The notes beneath the pieces were generated by a model. The model searched no databases. It had not been told where the DNA came from and saw nothing but the letters and a program-made list of their open reading frames with translations. The position numbers and the translations under genes were made by a program. Below are positions 1-12,084 of a stretch of 53,446 nucleotides of DNA, one piece after another. Position 1 is the first letter of the stretch. The number at the start of each line of letters is the position of its first letter. The DNA is from Polaromonas sp. GTDB lineage: Bacteria; Pseudomonadota; Gammaproteobacteria; Burkholderiales; Burkholderiaceae_C. The stretch covers positions 1-53,446 of the forward strand of contig JANLYY010000088.1 in NCBI GenBank assembly GCA_031365885.1. Reading direction: 5' to 3'.

Positions 1-2
1 TC

Positions 3-2027
3 ATGGCCAACTCAATCCGGGCGCTGGCCATGGATGCGGTGCAGCAAGCCAACTCCGGCCACCCCGGCGCGCCCATGGGCATGGCCGACATGGCCGTCGC
101 GCTGTGGGGCAGCCACCTCAAGCACAGCCCGCACAACCCGCTCTGGTTTGACCGCGACCGCTTTGTGCTGAGCAACGGTCATGCCTCGATGATCTTGTAT
201 GCGCTGCTGCACCTGACCGGCTACCAGCTGCCGATGGGCGAACTCAAAAACTTTCGCCAGCTGCACAGCAAAACGCCGGGTCATCCCGAGCTGGGCTACA
301 CCCCCGGCGTCGAGACCACCACCGGCCCGCTCGGTCAGGGACTGACGAACGCTGTCGGCATGGCGCTGGCCGAAAAGCTGCTGGCGAAAGAGTTCAATCG
401 CGAAGGTCACACCGTGGTCGATCACCACACCTACGTCTTCATGGGTGACGGTTGCCTGATGGAAGGCATCAGCCACGAAGCGTCGGCGCTGGCTGGCGCG
501 TGGCGGCTCGGCAAGCTGATCGCGCTGTACGACGACAACGGCATTTCCATCGACGGCAATGTGGCGCCCTGGTTCATCGACAACACCGCGCTGCGCTTCA
601 CGGCGTATGGCTGGAACGTGATCGGCCCGATTGACGGCCACGACGCAGCCGCCGTAGCCGCCGCGCTGGTCGAGGCAAAGAAGTCGCCTGACAAGCCAAC
701 GCTGATCATCTGCAAGACCCATATCGGCAAGGGCTCACCGAATCGCGCCAACACCGCCAAGGCGCACGGCGAACCGCTGGGCGCCGAAGAAATCAAGCTG
801 ACGCGTGAAGCGCTGAACTGGCCGCATGCGGCGTTTCATATGCCGAAGGAAAGCTACGACGCCTGGGACGCCAAGGCCAAAGGTCTGGCCGCCGAGTCTG
901 CCTGGGACGCGACGTTCGCCAGCTACAAAGCCGCTCACCCCGCGCTCGCCGCAGAGTTCACCCGCCGCATGAAAGGCGAGCTGCCGAAAAGCTTTTCGCA
1001 GCTGGCCGTTGACACCGTCATCGGCGCGCACACCCAGGCCGAAACCGTGGCCTCACGCAAGGCTTCGCAACTTGCCCTCGAAGCCTTCACCGCTGGCCTG
1101 CCCGAACTGCTCGGTGGCTCGGCTGATTTGACCGGCTCCAACCTCACCAATACGAAGTCAACGCCCAACCTGCGCTTCGACATGAACGGCGAAGTCGTGC
1201 TCACGGCCAATGCCGAAGGCGTGAGTGCCGGCGGTCGCCACATCAACTACGGCGTACGCGAATTCGGCATGGCGGCGGTGATGAACGGCATCGCGCTGCA
1301 TGGCGGTTTCATCCCCTACGGCGGCACCTTCCTCACGTTCAGCGACTACTCACGCAACGCCATCCGCATGGCCGCGCTGATGAAAATCCGGGTGATTCAC
1401 GTCTTCACGCACGACTCCATCGGCCTGGGTGAAGACGGCCCGACGCACCAGTCCATCGAACACGCCGCCCGCCTGCGTTTGATTCCCAACCTTGACGTCT
1501 GGCGCCCCGGCGACACGGCAGAAACTGCCGTCGCCTGGGCTGTGGCCCTGCAAAATAAAGCGAAGCCGACGGCGCTGCTGCTCAGCCGACAAAACCTGCC
1601 GTACGCACCGAAGACCGACCTGGGTGAAATCAGCAAAGGCGCCTACGTGCTGGCCGAGCCGGCGGAAGTCGGTCTCAACAAGAAAGCGCAAGCCGTCATC
1701 ATCGCCACCGGCTCGGAAGTGCAGCTGGCCTTGAAGGCGCAAGAGCTGCTCTCCGCCCGCAAGATCGCCGTGCGCGTCGTCTCCATGCCCAGCAACACCA
1801 CCTTCGACAAGCAAAGCACCGCCTACAAATCGGCTGTGCTGCCCGCAGGCATTCCGCGTATCGCGGTTGAAATGGGCGTCAGCGATGGCTGGTGGAAGTA
1901 CGGTTGCGCCGCCGTAGTCGGCATCGACTCCTACGGCGAAAGCGCGCCAGCGCCTGTACTCTTCAAGCACTTCGGCTTCACGCCGGAAAATGTGGCGGAT
2001 ACGGTGCGCAAGGTGCTGAAAAAATAA
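3..2027 (+). CDS. tkt: Transketolase (a few N-terminal codons may lie outside the window)
   Basis: [26 protein letters not shown]-binding and [15 protein letters not shown] motifs; directly upstream of gap. Confidence 0.98.
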   Translation: MANSIRALAMDAVQQANSGHPGAPMGMADMAVALWGSHLKHSPHNPLWFDRDRFVLSNGHASMILYALLHLTGYQLPMGELKNFRQLHSKTPGHPELGYTPGVETTTGPLGQGLTNAVGMALAEKLLAKEFNREGHTVVDHHTYVFMGDGCLMEGISHEASALAGAWRLGKLIALYDDNGISIDGNVAPWFIDNTALRFTAYGWNVIGPIDGHDAAAVAAALVEAKKSPDKPTLIICKTHIGKGSPNRANTAKAHGEPLGAEEIKLTREALNWPHAAFHMPKESYDAWDAKAKGLAAESAWDATFASYKAAHPALAAEFTRRMKGELPKSFSQLAVDTVIGAHTQAETVASRKASQLALEAFTAGLPELLGGSADLTGSNLTNTKSTPNLRFDMNGEVVLTANAEGVSAGGRHINYGVREFGMAAVMNGIALHGGFIPYGGTFLTFSDYSRNAIRMAALMKIRVIHVFTHDSIGLGEDGPTHQSIEHAARLRLIPNLDVWRPGDTAETAVAWAVALQNKAKPTALLLSRQNLPYAPKTDLGEISKGAYVLAEPAEVGLNKKAQAVIIATGSEVQLALKAQELLSARKIAVRVVSMPSNTTFDKQSTAYKSAVLPAGIPRIAVEMGVSDGWWKYGCAAVVGIDSYGESAPAPVLFKHFGFTPENVADTVRKVLKK

Positions 2028-2051
2028 TTTGCTCAACGGATTTTCTAGCCA

Positions 2052-2089
2052 CCGTTCGGGCTGACCCTTCGATACCTCAGGGCGAACGG
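2052..2089. repeat. REP-like palindromic element (CCGTTCGGGCTGA...TCAGGGCGAACGG)
   Basis: Imperfect hairpin ccgttcg-ggctga...tcag-gg-cgaacgg in the tkt-gap spacer; resembles an internally shortened member of a common proteobacterial intergenic repeat family. Confidence 0.55.
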
Positions 2090-2095
2090 GTATAA

Positions 2096-3133
<1,038 letters not shown>

Positions 3134-3152
3134 TCCTTCGCTGGCCTTGACC

Positions 3153-3179
3153 AAAACGCGCTCCAGGGCGCGTTTTTTT
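3153..3179 (+). terminator. Rho-independent terminator after gap (probably bidirectional)
   Basis: aaaacgcgc-tccagg-gcgcgtttt followed by a T run. Confidence 0.85.
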
Positions 3180-3672
3180 ATGCTGGTGGCCGAACCGAAG
3201 GCGCCTCGCCCGGCAGACAAACCAGTTTCATCGGTTGAAAAATCAGCCCCTTGAGTTGCTGCGGCCCGCCGACGGATTCAAAGCCGAATCGCTGATAAAC
3301 CAGCACCGCATTCAGGCTCGCGTTGACGGTGAATTCGCCCGCGTTGCCGGCCGCCAATGCCGCGTCGCGCACAGCCCGCCACAACTGCCGGCCGATGCCG
3401 CGCTGCTGAAATTCCGGCACGACGAACAGGTGCTGCAAATGCCGGTGTTCGCGCAACGCAGCCGCGCCGCAAAAAACGCCGTCTGCTTCGGCTACCCGGT
3501 AGTCGATGTCCGGGCGCGCCAGATAAAGCGCAAGCGCCTGCGGCGTGACAGCCGCCCTGAACCTTTCCGCGTCATTGCCGTCGGGCAAGGCAAGAAACAG
3601 GTGGGTCAGCGACGTGATCAATGCACTGACCTGCTCTGCGTCGGGCGGTATGGCGTTGCGAATGGTCAGCAT
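3178..3672 (-). CDS. GNAT family N-acetyltransferase
   Basis: LFVVPEFQQRGIGRQL acetyl-CoA motif and NASLNAVLVYQRFGF; start taken at MLTIRNA. Confidence 0.9.
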   Translation of the reverse strand: MLTIRNAIPPDAEQVSALITSLTHLFLALPDGNDAERFRAAVTPQALALYLARPDIDYRVAEADGVFCGAAALREHRHLQHLFVVPEFQQRGIGRQLWRAVRDAALAAGNAGEFTVNASLNAVLVYQRFGFESVGGPQQLKGLIFQPMKLVCLPGEAPSVRPPA

Positions 3673-3720
3673 GGCAGGTGGTAGCGGTACATCGGCCTGG
3701 TTAGGTATCAAACAGACCAT

Positions 3721-3763
3721 TAGCCCTTGTAAAACGTGCGCAAGCAGCTATTACTAACATAGC
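3721..3763 (+). repeat. 43-bp dispersed element, copy 1
   Basis: tagcccttgtaaaacgtgcgcaagcagctattactaacatagc. Confidence 0.9.
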
Positions 3764-3958
3764 AATTGATTATTTTATGCAAGGCGTGGTTGAGTTCGTC
3801 CGGCACCACCAGGCGGTTCAATTCGGTCACATGGTCCTCGCGCATCCGTGCGCCCCGGGTGCGCCGCGTGTGGCAAGAGGAGAAAGCCTTTCGACGGCAG
3901 GCGATCGGCGGCACTCGTACCATGGTGCTCTACCGAAAGCTCTGTCCCGGAGACCCGT

Positions 3959-4756
3959 ATGCAGCTTCCTGATTTTGGCCTCGGCACCTTCCGCCTGGAG
4001 GGCGCGCAAGCCATGGCGTCGGTCAGCGCCGCCCTCGACGCCGGCTATCGGCTGATCGACACGGCGCAAATGTACAACAACGAGACGCAGGTTGGCAAAG
4101 CCGTGGCTGCCAGCGCTGTGCCGCGCGGCGAAATTTTCGTCACCACCAAAATCTGGCCCGACAACTTCACGCGACTGGTGACCAGCCTGAAGGAAAGCCT
4201 CGCGCGCCTGCGCATGGACCAGGTTAACCTGACGCTGCTGCACTGGCCGGCACCAGGCGACGGCCTGCCGCTGGCCGATACGCTGGGCGCGCTGCTGGAG
4301 GCCAGAGCCGCCGGGTTGACGCAGCATATTGGCGTGTCGAACTTCAACATCGCGTTGCTGCACGAGGCGATTGCCATCGCAGGCCCAGGCCAGATCGTGA
4401 CCAATCAAATCGAGTTGAGCCCCTATCTGCAAAACCGCAAGGTTGCCGAATTTGCCAGCACCCAGGGTATCCGCATCACCTCGTACATGACACTGGCGCG
4501 CGGCGCGGTATTGCACGACCCGGTGCTTGAAAAAATCGCACAGCGACTGGGCGCCACGGCGGCGCAGGTGGCGCTGGCGTGGGCCATGCAGCTGGGCATC
4601 ACGGTGATTCCGTCGTCGACGCGGCGCGAAAACATCGAAAGCAATTTCGCCGCGCGCGATCTCACGCTCAGCGACGACGACATGGCTCAGATCGAGCGGC
4701 TGGAGCGCAAGGGGCGGCTGGTCGATCCGGACGGCCTGAAACCGGTGTGGGACTGA
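3959..4756 (+). CDS. dkgB: Aldo/keto reductase, DkgB-like (2,5-diketo-D-gluconate reductase B)
   Basis: FGLGTFRL, GYRLIDTAQMY, TTKIW, IGVSNF, NQIELSPYLQNRK, IPSST; GGAGA RBS before ATG 3959. Confidence 0.8.
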   Translation: MQLPDFGLGTFRLEGAQAMASVSAALDAGYRLIDTAQMYNNETQVGKAVAASAVPRGEIFVTTKIWPDNFTRLVTSLKESLARLRMDQVNLTLLHWPAPGDGLPLADTLGALLEARAAGLTQHIGVSNFNIALLHEAIAIAGPGQIVTNQIELSPYLQNRKVAEFASTQGIRITSYMTLARGAVLHDPVLEKIAQRLGATAAQVALAWAMQLGITVIPSSTRRENIESNFAARDLTLSDDDMAQIERLERKGRLVDPDGLKPVWD

Positions 4757-4785
4757 TGCTGCCCGCCGGTGGCAGACTTCAAGCC

Positions 4786-5019
4786 ATGAATTCACTCCAG
4801 CTCCACGCCGTCAATTCGCAGCTGTGCCATGTCACGTCCAGTGACGGTATGCACGTCGGCAACCTCAAGCTGATCGGCGGCGTCTGGAAGTTCAAGGCGA
4901 TAGGCGTGGACGCCGACGGCCAGATCATTCCCGGCGGTGGGCCGTTGACCGGGCAACACAACGCGCTGTTTGCGGTGCTGGACGAAGCGACCATCAGCGC
5001 GGTGCTGACAGCAAGCTGA
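4786..5019 (+). CDS. Small hypothetical protein
   Basis: Protein-like ORF (HVGNLKLIGGVWKFKAIG) following the reductase; alternative coupled start at 4756. Confidence 0.6.
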   Translation: MNSLQLHAVNSQLCHVTSSDGMHVGNLKLIGGVWKFKAIGVDADGQIIPGGGPLTGQHNALFAVLDEATISAVLTAS

Positions 5020-5199
5020 ATCGGCGCTTTCGAACGGGGTGCGAGAGCTGCCAGTGAGGGTGAAAGACCGGATCCAGCCCGTCGCGGTGACACGGGTTGC
5101 AACGGTATTCGCGCGCCGGCGCTGTCGGCGCCGGGGACAGGGCACACCATGCCTCTTCAATACCGGCTGGCGCGCCGTTCCATGGATAAAAACCGCTCC

Positions 5200-5242
5200 C
5201 AGTCCAGTGAAAACGTGCATAAGCAGCTATTATAAATATAGC
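5200..5242 (+). repeat. 43-bp dispersed element, copy 2
   Basis: cagtccagtgaaaacgtgcataagcagctattataaatatagc. Confidence 0.85.
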
Positions 5243-5283
5243 AATATAGGTAACGCCCGAATCCCGCCCGTATACTGAAATTC

Positions 5284-6615
5284 ATGTATTCACTACCCCG
5301 CACCGCCACCGCACCCTTCTGTCCGTCTGAAGTCAGAGGCAGCGTGATGGTGGACGCCGGTCTGCCGTTTCACAAAAAATTGCTGCGTTTTGCCGGGCCG
5401 GGTTTGCTGGTGTCGGTCGGCTATATGGACCCGGGCAATTGGGCGACGGACATCGAAGCCGGATCGCGCTTCGGCTACGGCCTGCTGTTCGTGGTGTTGC
5501 TGGCCAGCCTGGCCGCGATGCTGCTGCAAACGCTGTGCGTGCGGCTGGGCATCGTGGCGCAAAAAGACCTGGCGCGGGCCTGCCGTGAGCGCTATTCGCT
5601 GCGGGTGAATCGCTTTTTGTGGCTGGGTGCCGAGCTGGCAATTGTCGCGACTGACCTCGCCGAAGTGCTGGGCAGTGCGCTGGCGCTGCACCTGCTGTTC
5701 GGCGTGTCGATACCGGTCGGCATCGGCATCACGGCATTCGACACGCTGCTGGTGCTGGGCCTGCAGGGCGCGGGCTTCCGGCGTGTCGAGGCCATCGTGC
5801 TCGGCCTGGTCGCCACCATCGCCGGCTGTTTTGTGGTCGAACTGGCGATGTCGCAGCCGAACTGGTTCAACGTGGCGATGGGCCTGGTGCCCAGCCTGGA
5901 GCGGCTGCAGCAACCCGGCGCGCTCTACCTGGCCATTGGCATCGTCGGCGCCACCGTGATGCCGCATAACCTGTACCTGCATTCGTCCATCGTGCAGACG
6001 CGGCGTATAGCCGACACCGATTCGGGCCGCAGCGAGGCGGTCAAGCTCGCCACCATTGACACCGTGGTTTCGCTCACGCTGGCGCTTTTTGTCAATGCGG
6101 CGATCATGATTCTGGCGGCCAGCACGTTTCACGGCAACGGCTACCGTGCGGTCGCCGACATTGCCGACGCGCACAAGCTGCTCGAACCCGTCGTCGGCAC
6201 CGCACTGGCGGCAACCCTCTTCGCGGTCGCTTTGCTGGCTTCAGGACAAAGCTCGACCTTTACCGGCACCATCGCCGGGCAGATCATCATGGACGGTTTT
6301 CTGGACCTGAAAATCCCTTGCTGGCAGCGCCGTCTGATGACGCGCGGGCTGGCGCTGGGCCCGGCTTTTCTGGGCGTGTGGTGGTTTGGTGACGGCGGCA
6401 TCGGCAAGATGCTGGTGCTCAGTCAGGTGGTGCTGAGTTTTCAGTTGCCGTTTGCAATGTGGCCGCTGATTCGCTTGACCAGCAGTGCCAAATTAATGGG
6501 CCGCCTCGCCAACGGCCCGCTCGTCAAGCTGGCCGCGTGGAGCCTGTTCGGCGTTATCAGTACGGCCAATGTGTGGCTGATCACGTCTATTCTCGCAGGT
6601 CTCATCAACGACTAA
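5284..6615 (+). CDS. mntH: NRAMP family divalent metal (Mn2+) transporter
   Basis: YMDPGNW (TM1), GATVMPHNLYLHS (TM6), SGQSSTFTGTIAGQ. Confidence 0.95.
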   Translation: MYSLPRTATAPFCPSEVRGSVMVDAGLPFHKKLLRFAGPGLLVSVGYMDPGNWATDIEAGSRFGYGLLFVVLLASLAAMLLQTLCVRLGIVAQKDLARACRERYSLRVNRFLWLGAELAIVATDLAEVLGSALALHLLFGVSIPVGIGITAFDTLLVLGLQGAGFRRVEAIVLGLVATIAGCFVVELAMSQPNWFNVAMGLVPSLERLQQPGALYLAIGIVGATVMPHNLYLHSSIVQTRRIADTDSGRSEAVKLATIDTVVSLTLALFVNAAIMILAASTFHGNGYRAVADIADAHKLLEPVVGTALAATLFAVALLASGQSSTFTGTIAGQIIMDGFLDLKIPCWQRRLMTRGLALGPAFLGVWWFGDGGIGKMLVLSQVVLSFQLPFAMWPLIRLTSSAKLMGRLANGPLVKLAAWSLFGVISTANVWLITSILAGLIND

Positions 6616-6694
6616 AATATCTATTCATAATAACAATTAACTGAATGATTTATAATAGATATTTGCGAAATATATCTATTCATTAAATCATTCA
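6615..6694. promoter_or_regulatory. AT-rich nested inverted/direct repeats, candidate operator of yjjJ
   Basis: Inverted pairs aaatatctatt 6615-6625 / aatagatattt 6654-6664 and tgaatgattta 6642-6652 / taaatcattca 6684-6694; direct repeat atatctattcat at 6617 and 6672. Confidence 0.6.
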
Positions 6695-8046
6695 TGACTA
6701 CCCTCTTCACGCCGACGGAACAAGCCCTGCAGGCACTGCGTCAGCGCGGCGGCGTCGCCACGGCGGCCGAATTGCAGCAGGCGCTGCGCGTCAGCCAGCC
6801 GACGGTGTCACGGCTGCTGGTGCCGCTGATCCAGTCCGGGCAAGTTCTGAAGGTAGGTGCGGCGCGCTCGCAGCGTTACCTGCTGGTGCGTGTCGTGCCC
6901 GGGCTGGCCAGCACGGTCCCGGTGTCGCGCATTGACGCGCACGGCCGGCCCGCGCCGTTCGCGCGTCTGCATGCCTTGCAGGGCGGCGCGTTTTGGGTCG
7001 ATGAAGCCGACGGACTGAGCCAGCGGCATGACGGCCTGCCCTGGTTTTTGAACGACATGCGGCCGCAGGGCTTCATGGGCCGTACCTTCGCGGCGGCGCA
7101 CCCCGAGCTGGCTTTGGGCAGCGACCCGGCGCACTGGAGCGACGACGACATGCTGCGCGCACTGGCGCTTTTTGGTGATGATTTACCCGGCAACCTGATC
7201 GTCGGTGAGGCGGCGTTTGCGCGCTTTCATTCGCTGCCCGCGCGCGCATCGCGGGTGGATTCAAGCGCCGACTATCCGCGCCTGGCCGATGCCGCCATGC
7301 AGGGCACGCTGCCGGGCTCATCGGCGGGTGGCGAACAGCCGAAGTTCTGCACCATCACGGCCGGCCGGCCCGTGCTGGTCAAGTTTTCCCCGGCTGGCAA
7401 CGCACCGGCTGATCAGCGCGTCCGCGATTTGCTGGTCTGCGAGCACCTGGCGCTGCAAACGCTGGCAGAGGCGGGGGTGTCGGCCGCCCGGACGCAAATC
7501 ATCTTCACAGCGGGCCGCGTGTTCCTCGAATCCGAGCGCTTTGACCGCACGGCGCGGGGACTTGATACGGGAAATGCGCCAGGTCGCATTGGCATGGTGT
7601 CGCTGCTGGTCTACGACGCGCAATACGTCGGCGCGATGGACAACTGGGCCGCGACGGCCGAACGCATGCAGGCGCGCGGTCTGCTCGCACCTAGCGATGC
7701 ACGCACGCTGCAACTGCTTGAAGCCTACGGCCTGCTGATCGCCAACACCGACCGTCATTACGGCAATGTGTCGCTGCTGCTGCCCGGTTCTGACAAAGCC
7801 GCTGACTGGGCGCTGTCACCGACCTACGACATGCTGCCGATGCTGTATGCGCCTGTCGCGGGCGAGTTGGTGGCGCGCGATTTTTCCGCCCGTAATTTGC
7901 AGCCAACCACCGCCACATTGCCGCAATGGAATCGCGCGCGCGAACTGGCGCAAATGTTCTGGCAGACGGCCGCTGACGACGATCGTATCTCGGCAGAGTT
8001 TCGGATGATCTGTGCTGAAAATCAGCGGCATTTAAATGCTGTTTGA
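6694..8046 (+). CDS. yjjJ: HipA-family kinase toxin, YjjJ-like, with N-terminal HTH
   Basis: VSQPTVSRLL HTH; GLPWFLNDMRPQGFMGR, GSSAGGEQPKF, LIANTDRHYGN, LSPTYDMLPM. Confidence 0.9.
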   Translation: MTTLFTPTEQALQALRQRGGVATAAELQQALRVSQPTVSRLLVPLIQSGQVLKVGAARSQRYLLVRVVPGLASTVPVSRIDAHGRPAPFARLHALQGGAFWVDEADGLSQRHDGLPWFLNDMRPQGFMGRTFAAAHPELALGSDPAHWSDDDMLRALALFGDDLPGNLIVGEAAFARFHSLPARASRVDSSADYPRLADAAMQGTLPGSSAGGEQPKFCTITAGRPVLVKFSPAGNAPADQRVRDLLVCEHLALQTLAEAGVSAARTQIIFTAGRVFLESERFDRTARGLDTGNAPGRIGMVSLLVYDAQYVGAMDNWAATAERMQARGLLAPSDARTLQLLEAYGLLIANTDRHYGNVSLLLPGSDKAADWALSPTYDMLPMLYAPVAGELVARDFSARNLQPTTATLPQWNRARELAQMFWQTAADDDRISAEFRMICAENQRHLNAV

Positions 8047-8062
8047 GTACTATTCAGGCCGC

Positions 8063-8105
8063 TAGCCCCCGTAATACGTGCGCAACCAGCTATTAAATAT
8101 ATAGC
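8063..8105 (+). repeat. 43-bp dispersed element, copy 3 (supplies the stop codon of the pirin gene)
   Basis: tagcccccgtaatacgtgcgcaaccagctattaaatatatagc. Confidence 0.9.
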
Positions 8106-9175
8106 GTTGTGATTTGACCCGCAGGCCGCTCTTCCCGCCCGTCGGCTTGCCGCGCAAAGCGGGCCGGGTCGCGGCCATGCACCGGCGCCGCGTCAGGCCA
8201 CGGCCAGCCGCCGAACTGGGTGCGCTGGTAGTCCTGCATCGCCTGTGCAACCTCTTCACGCGTGTTCATCACGAACGGGCCGTACTGGGCCACCGGCTCG
8301 CCAATCGGTTTGCCCTGCAGCAGCAGGAATTCGGCGACGTCCTGGCCGCTATTGACTAGTTCAACGGCCGTGTCGGCTCGCAGCTCGATGGCGACGTGGC
8401 TGGTCAGCGTCTGACCAGCGACCGATACGTCCACGCCCTTGAAAAAGTACAGCTGCCGATGGGTTTCGGCGCCGGCGGCGGGGGGCAAAACCCAACGCGC
8501 ACCGGGTGCCATGCGAAGGGTCCAGATGGCGACATCGGCATCGGGCTGCGAAGCCCAGGAATCGGGCGGTGACGCAAGGACTTCGAGCGTGCTGCTTGCA
8601 GTCGCTTGCTCCAGCTGCCCCGCGATGAGGGCGACTTCCGTTGGCCGGCCCTGTTCATCGGTTGCCACATGGCGTGGAATTCTTTCTGACCACAGCATCG
8701 TGAAATGCGGCGGAACCATCTTGTTTTTGGCCGGCAGGTTCAGCCAGATCTGAAACAGCTCCAGCGGATTCGGCCCGGACGTGTCGAGCAGCGGAAACAT
8801 CTCTGAATGCACAATGCCGGCACCCGCCGTGACCCACTGGACATCGCCGCTGCCGAAGCGCGCCGCCGCCCCAAGCGAGTCGGCATGGTCGATCAGGCCC
8901 CTGCGCACGATGGTCACGGTCTCAAAACCGCGATGCGGGTGTCCCGGAAAGCCCGGCACGTCGGCGCCGTGGTACATGCTCCAGCCATCCTGGCGGCTGA
9001 AGTCCTGGCCGATTTGCCGACCCGCCAGGGACGCGCGCGGACCCATCGCGCCGTTGCCTTCGGGGTAGGCGTCGTCGTGGTAGGCGCAGAACAAAAACGG
9101 ATCGATGGTTTGCCACGGAAAACCGAGCGATTTGATTGTCAGGATCGGGCTGGCGGTGTCGGGCAAGCGGTTCAT
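8093..9175 (-). CDS. Pirin family protein
   Basis: FPGHPHRGFETVT, GIVHSE, QIWLNLP, PVAQYGPFVMN. Confidence 0.93.
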   Translation of the reverse strand: MNRLPDTASPILTIKSLGFPWQTIDPFLFCAYHDDAYPEGNGAMGPRASLAGRQIGQDFSRQDGWSMYHGADVPGFPGHPHRGFETVTIVRRGLIDHADSLGAAARFGSGDVQWVTAGAGIVHSEMFPLLDTSGPNPLELFQIWLNLPAKNKMVPPHFTMLWSERIPRHVATDEQGRPTEVALIAGQLEQATASSTLEVLASPPDSWASQPDADVAIWTLRMAPGARWVLPPAAGAETHRQLYFFKGVDVSVAGQTLTSHVAIELRADTAVELVNSGQDVAEFLLLQGKPIGEPVAQYGPFVMNTREEVAQAMQDYQRTQFGGWPWPDAAPVHGRDPARFARQADGREERPAGQITTLYI

Positions 9176-9254
9176 GGTGTGATTGTGGAGGGGGTTATCC
9201 AGAAAAGATCAGAGCAGAAATCAGAGCAGAAGCACAGGGCGCCAGTCTGGCGTT

Positions 9255-10012
9255 TCAAGCCTTCAGCTTCCAGCCACTTTTGAAAATCCACCACACCGCA
9301 CCCAGGCACAGGCCCAGAAAGCCCATGATCGCCAGGACGCTGATGCCGACGTGGACATCGGCGACGCCATAAAAACTCCAGCGAAATCCGCTGATCAGAT
9401 AGACCACCGGATTGAACAGCGCTATCTTCTGCCATAGCGGCGGCAGCATGTTGATGGAATAAAACGCACCGCCCAGAAATGTCAGCGGCGTCACTACCAT
9501 CAGGGGGACGATCTGCAGTTTTTGAAAGTTGTCGGCCCACAGCCCGATGATGAAACCAAACAGGCTGAAGGTGATCGCCGTCAGCAGCAAAAAGCACAGC
9601 ATCCAGAACGGGTGCGCAATTTCATAGGGCACGAAAAGGCGCGCGGTTGCCAGAATCAACAGGCCCAGCACCACTGATTTGCTGGCCGCCGCGCCGACAT
9701 AGCCCATCACCACTTCAACCGGCGACACCGGCGCTGACAGCAGCTCGTAAATCGTGCCCGACCACTTTGGCATATAGATGCCGAAGGCCGCATTCGAGAT
9801 GCTTTCGTTGAGCAGCGACAGCATGATCAGGCCCGGAATGATGAAGGCGCCGTAGCTGATACCGTCGATGTCGCCCATGCGCGAGCCGATGGCAGCGCCG
9901 AACACGACGAAGTAGAGCGAAGTCGAGATCACCGGCGCTGCTATCGACTGCAACAGAGTGCGCACGGTCCGGTTAATTTCAAACCGGTAAATAGCGCGAA
10001 TCGCGTGCCAGT

Positions 10013-10016
<4 letters not shown>
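9255..10016 (-). CDS. ABC-2 type transporter permease (YadH-like)
   Basis: Multi-TM protein with [33 protein letters not shown]; overlaps the upstream ATPase gene. Confidence 0.92.
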
Positions 10017-10990
<974 letters not shown>

Positions 10991-11017
10991 GGGTGTTCTC
11001 AAGGTAAAAAGTACTTG

Positions 11018-11060
11018 TAGCCCAAGCAATACGTGCGTGAGCAGCTATGAAAAAAAGAGC
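11018..11060 (+). repeat. 43-bp dispersed element, copy 4
   Basis: tagcccaagcaatacgtgcgtgagcagctatgaaaaaaagagc. Confidence 0.88.
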
Positions 11061-11127
11061 AATGTGAAGGGTGCTGGTGGTGCCATCTGACAAGGAAAAG
11101 CTTAATGCCTGAATCAACCGACCCAAG

Positions 11128-11499
11128 CTACCAAAGATTTTTTCCGTCAATCACTTCGACCTCTGCCAGGGCAGCGTCGAAGTTGTCGAACAATCGTGCG
11201 TTGACGCTGATGCGTCGGGTTGTTTTGTCCCAGCTGCCATCCGGCTGAAACGCCGGGGTGTCGCTGAAGGTACCGCATCCGCAGACGGCGCAGAAATGGT
11301 GATCCACGAGTCTGGAATGCCAGCGGTAAATCGCATTGCTGTCGCCCGATTTTGTGAGGTGGAATTGTTCAGGCGGGTAATAGGCATGCAGTACGCCGCG
11401 CTTGGCGCAGAAAGAGCAGGTGCAGCGGGTCAGTTTCGCCGGAATGTCGCCGTCGATACGAAAAGCAACTTGCCTGCAATGGCAGCTTCCCGAAATCAT
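11128..11499 (-). CDS. GFA (glutathione-dependent formaldehyde-activating / CENP-V) family protein
   Basis: GSCHC, CTCSFC, HHFCAVCG zinc motifs; ends IDGKNLW. Confidence 0.9.
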   Translation of the reverse strand: MISGSCHCRQVAFRIDGDIPAKLTRCTCSFCAKRGVLHAYYPPEQFHLTKSGDSNAIYRWHSRLVDHHFCAVCGCGTFSDTPAFQPDGSWDKTTRRISVNARLFDNFDAALAEVEVIDGKNLW

Positions 11500-11521
11500 G
11501 ATGTGTCCTTGTAAATTGCTA

Positions 11522-11827
11522 TCAACTTTTCGACCATACCGGGGTTAGCGCGGTAACCTGCGGCGGGCCAGACAGAAGTGGCTCGACATCTTTAAGGTAG
11601 GCGGCATAGCTGTCAGTCTTCAAGAATGCCTGTGACGCTTCAACACTGACGTATTGCTGAAATGCGCTGATTGAATCCGGATCAGTATTGTCGAAGCAAT
11701 AGAAGTAAGCAGTATGGCCAGGATTGGCCGAGATGGCAGGCGCCATGTGCTTTTCCCACACCGCGCGGACTTGATCCCGTTTGCCGGGCTGGGTCTTGTG
11801 TTTGACGATGAGTGCGAAAGAGGTCAC
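11522..11827 (-). CDS. Antibiotic biosynthesis monooxygenase (ABM) domain protein
   Basis: About 100 aa with a KTQPGKRD...NPGHTAYFYC pattern typical of dimeric alpha-beta barrel ABM proteins. Confidence 0.75.
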   Translation of the reverse strand: MTSFALIVKHKTQPGKRDQVRAVWEKHMAPAISANPGHTAYFYCFDNTDPDSISAFQQYVSVEASQAFLKTDSYAAYLKDVEPLLSGPPQVTALTPVWSKS

Positions 11828-11925
11828 TGGAATTCCTTTTGTGAATGTGAAGTGCGCGGCCTTAAGTTCCCATAAAACCGGGTTGCCGGTGGGCTGTGGT
11901 TGAAACAGCTGGAGGGCAAAAAGCG

Positions 11926-12063
11926 TTACTCAACCAGCGCGGCAAGCTGCTCGGCGCAGGTGGCCCAGCCCTGATGGAAGCCCATTTTTTCGTGTGCTTC
12001 GCGATCAGCCATCGTCCAGTGGTTCTGCATGGTGGCCAATGTCCGGCCATCTTTGTCAGTCAT
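11926..12063 (-). pseudogene. C-terminal remnant of an SRPBCC/AHSA1 family gene
   Basis: Translates to ...HWTMADREAHEKMGFHQGWATCAEQLAALVE*, the typical SRPBCC C-terminal helix; N-terminal part missing; not in the ORF track. Confidence 0.75.
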
Positions 12064-12084
12064 ACGCGCAGAACATTCGTGCCC

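Noticed and set aside
9209-9232. Tandem atcagagcagaa x2
   Set aside because: Only two units in an intergenic spacer, with no evidence of function.
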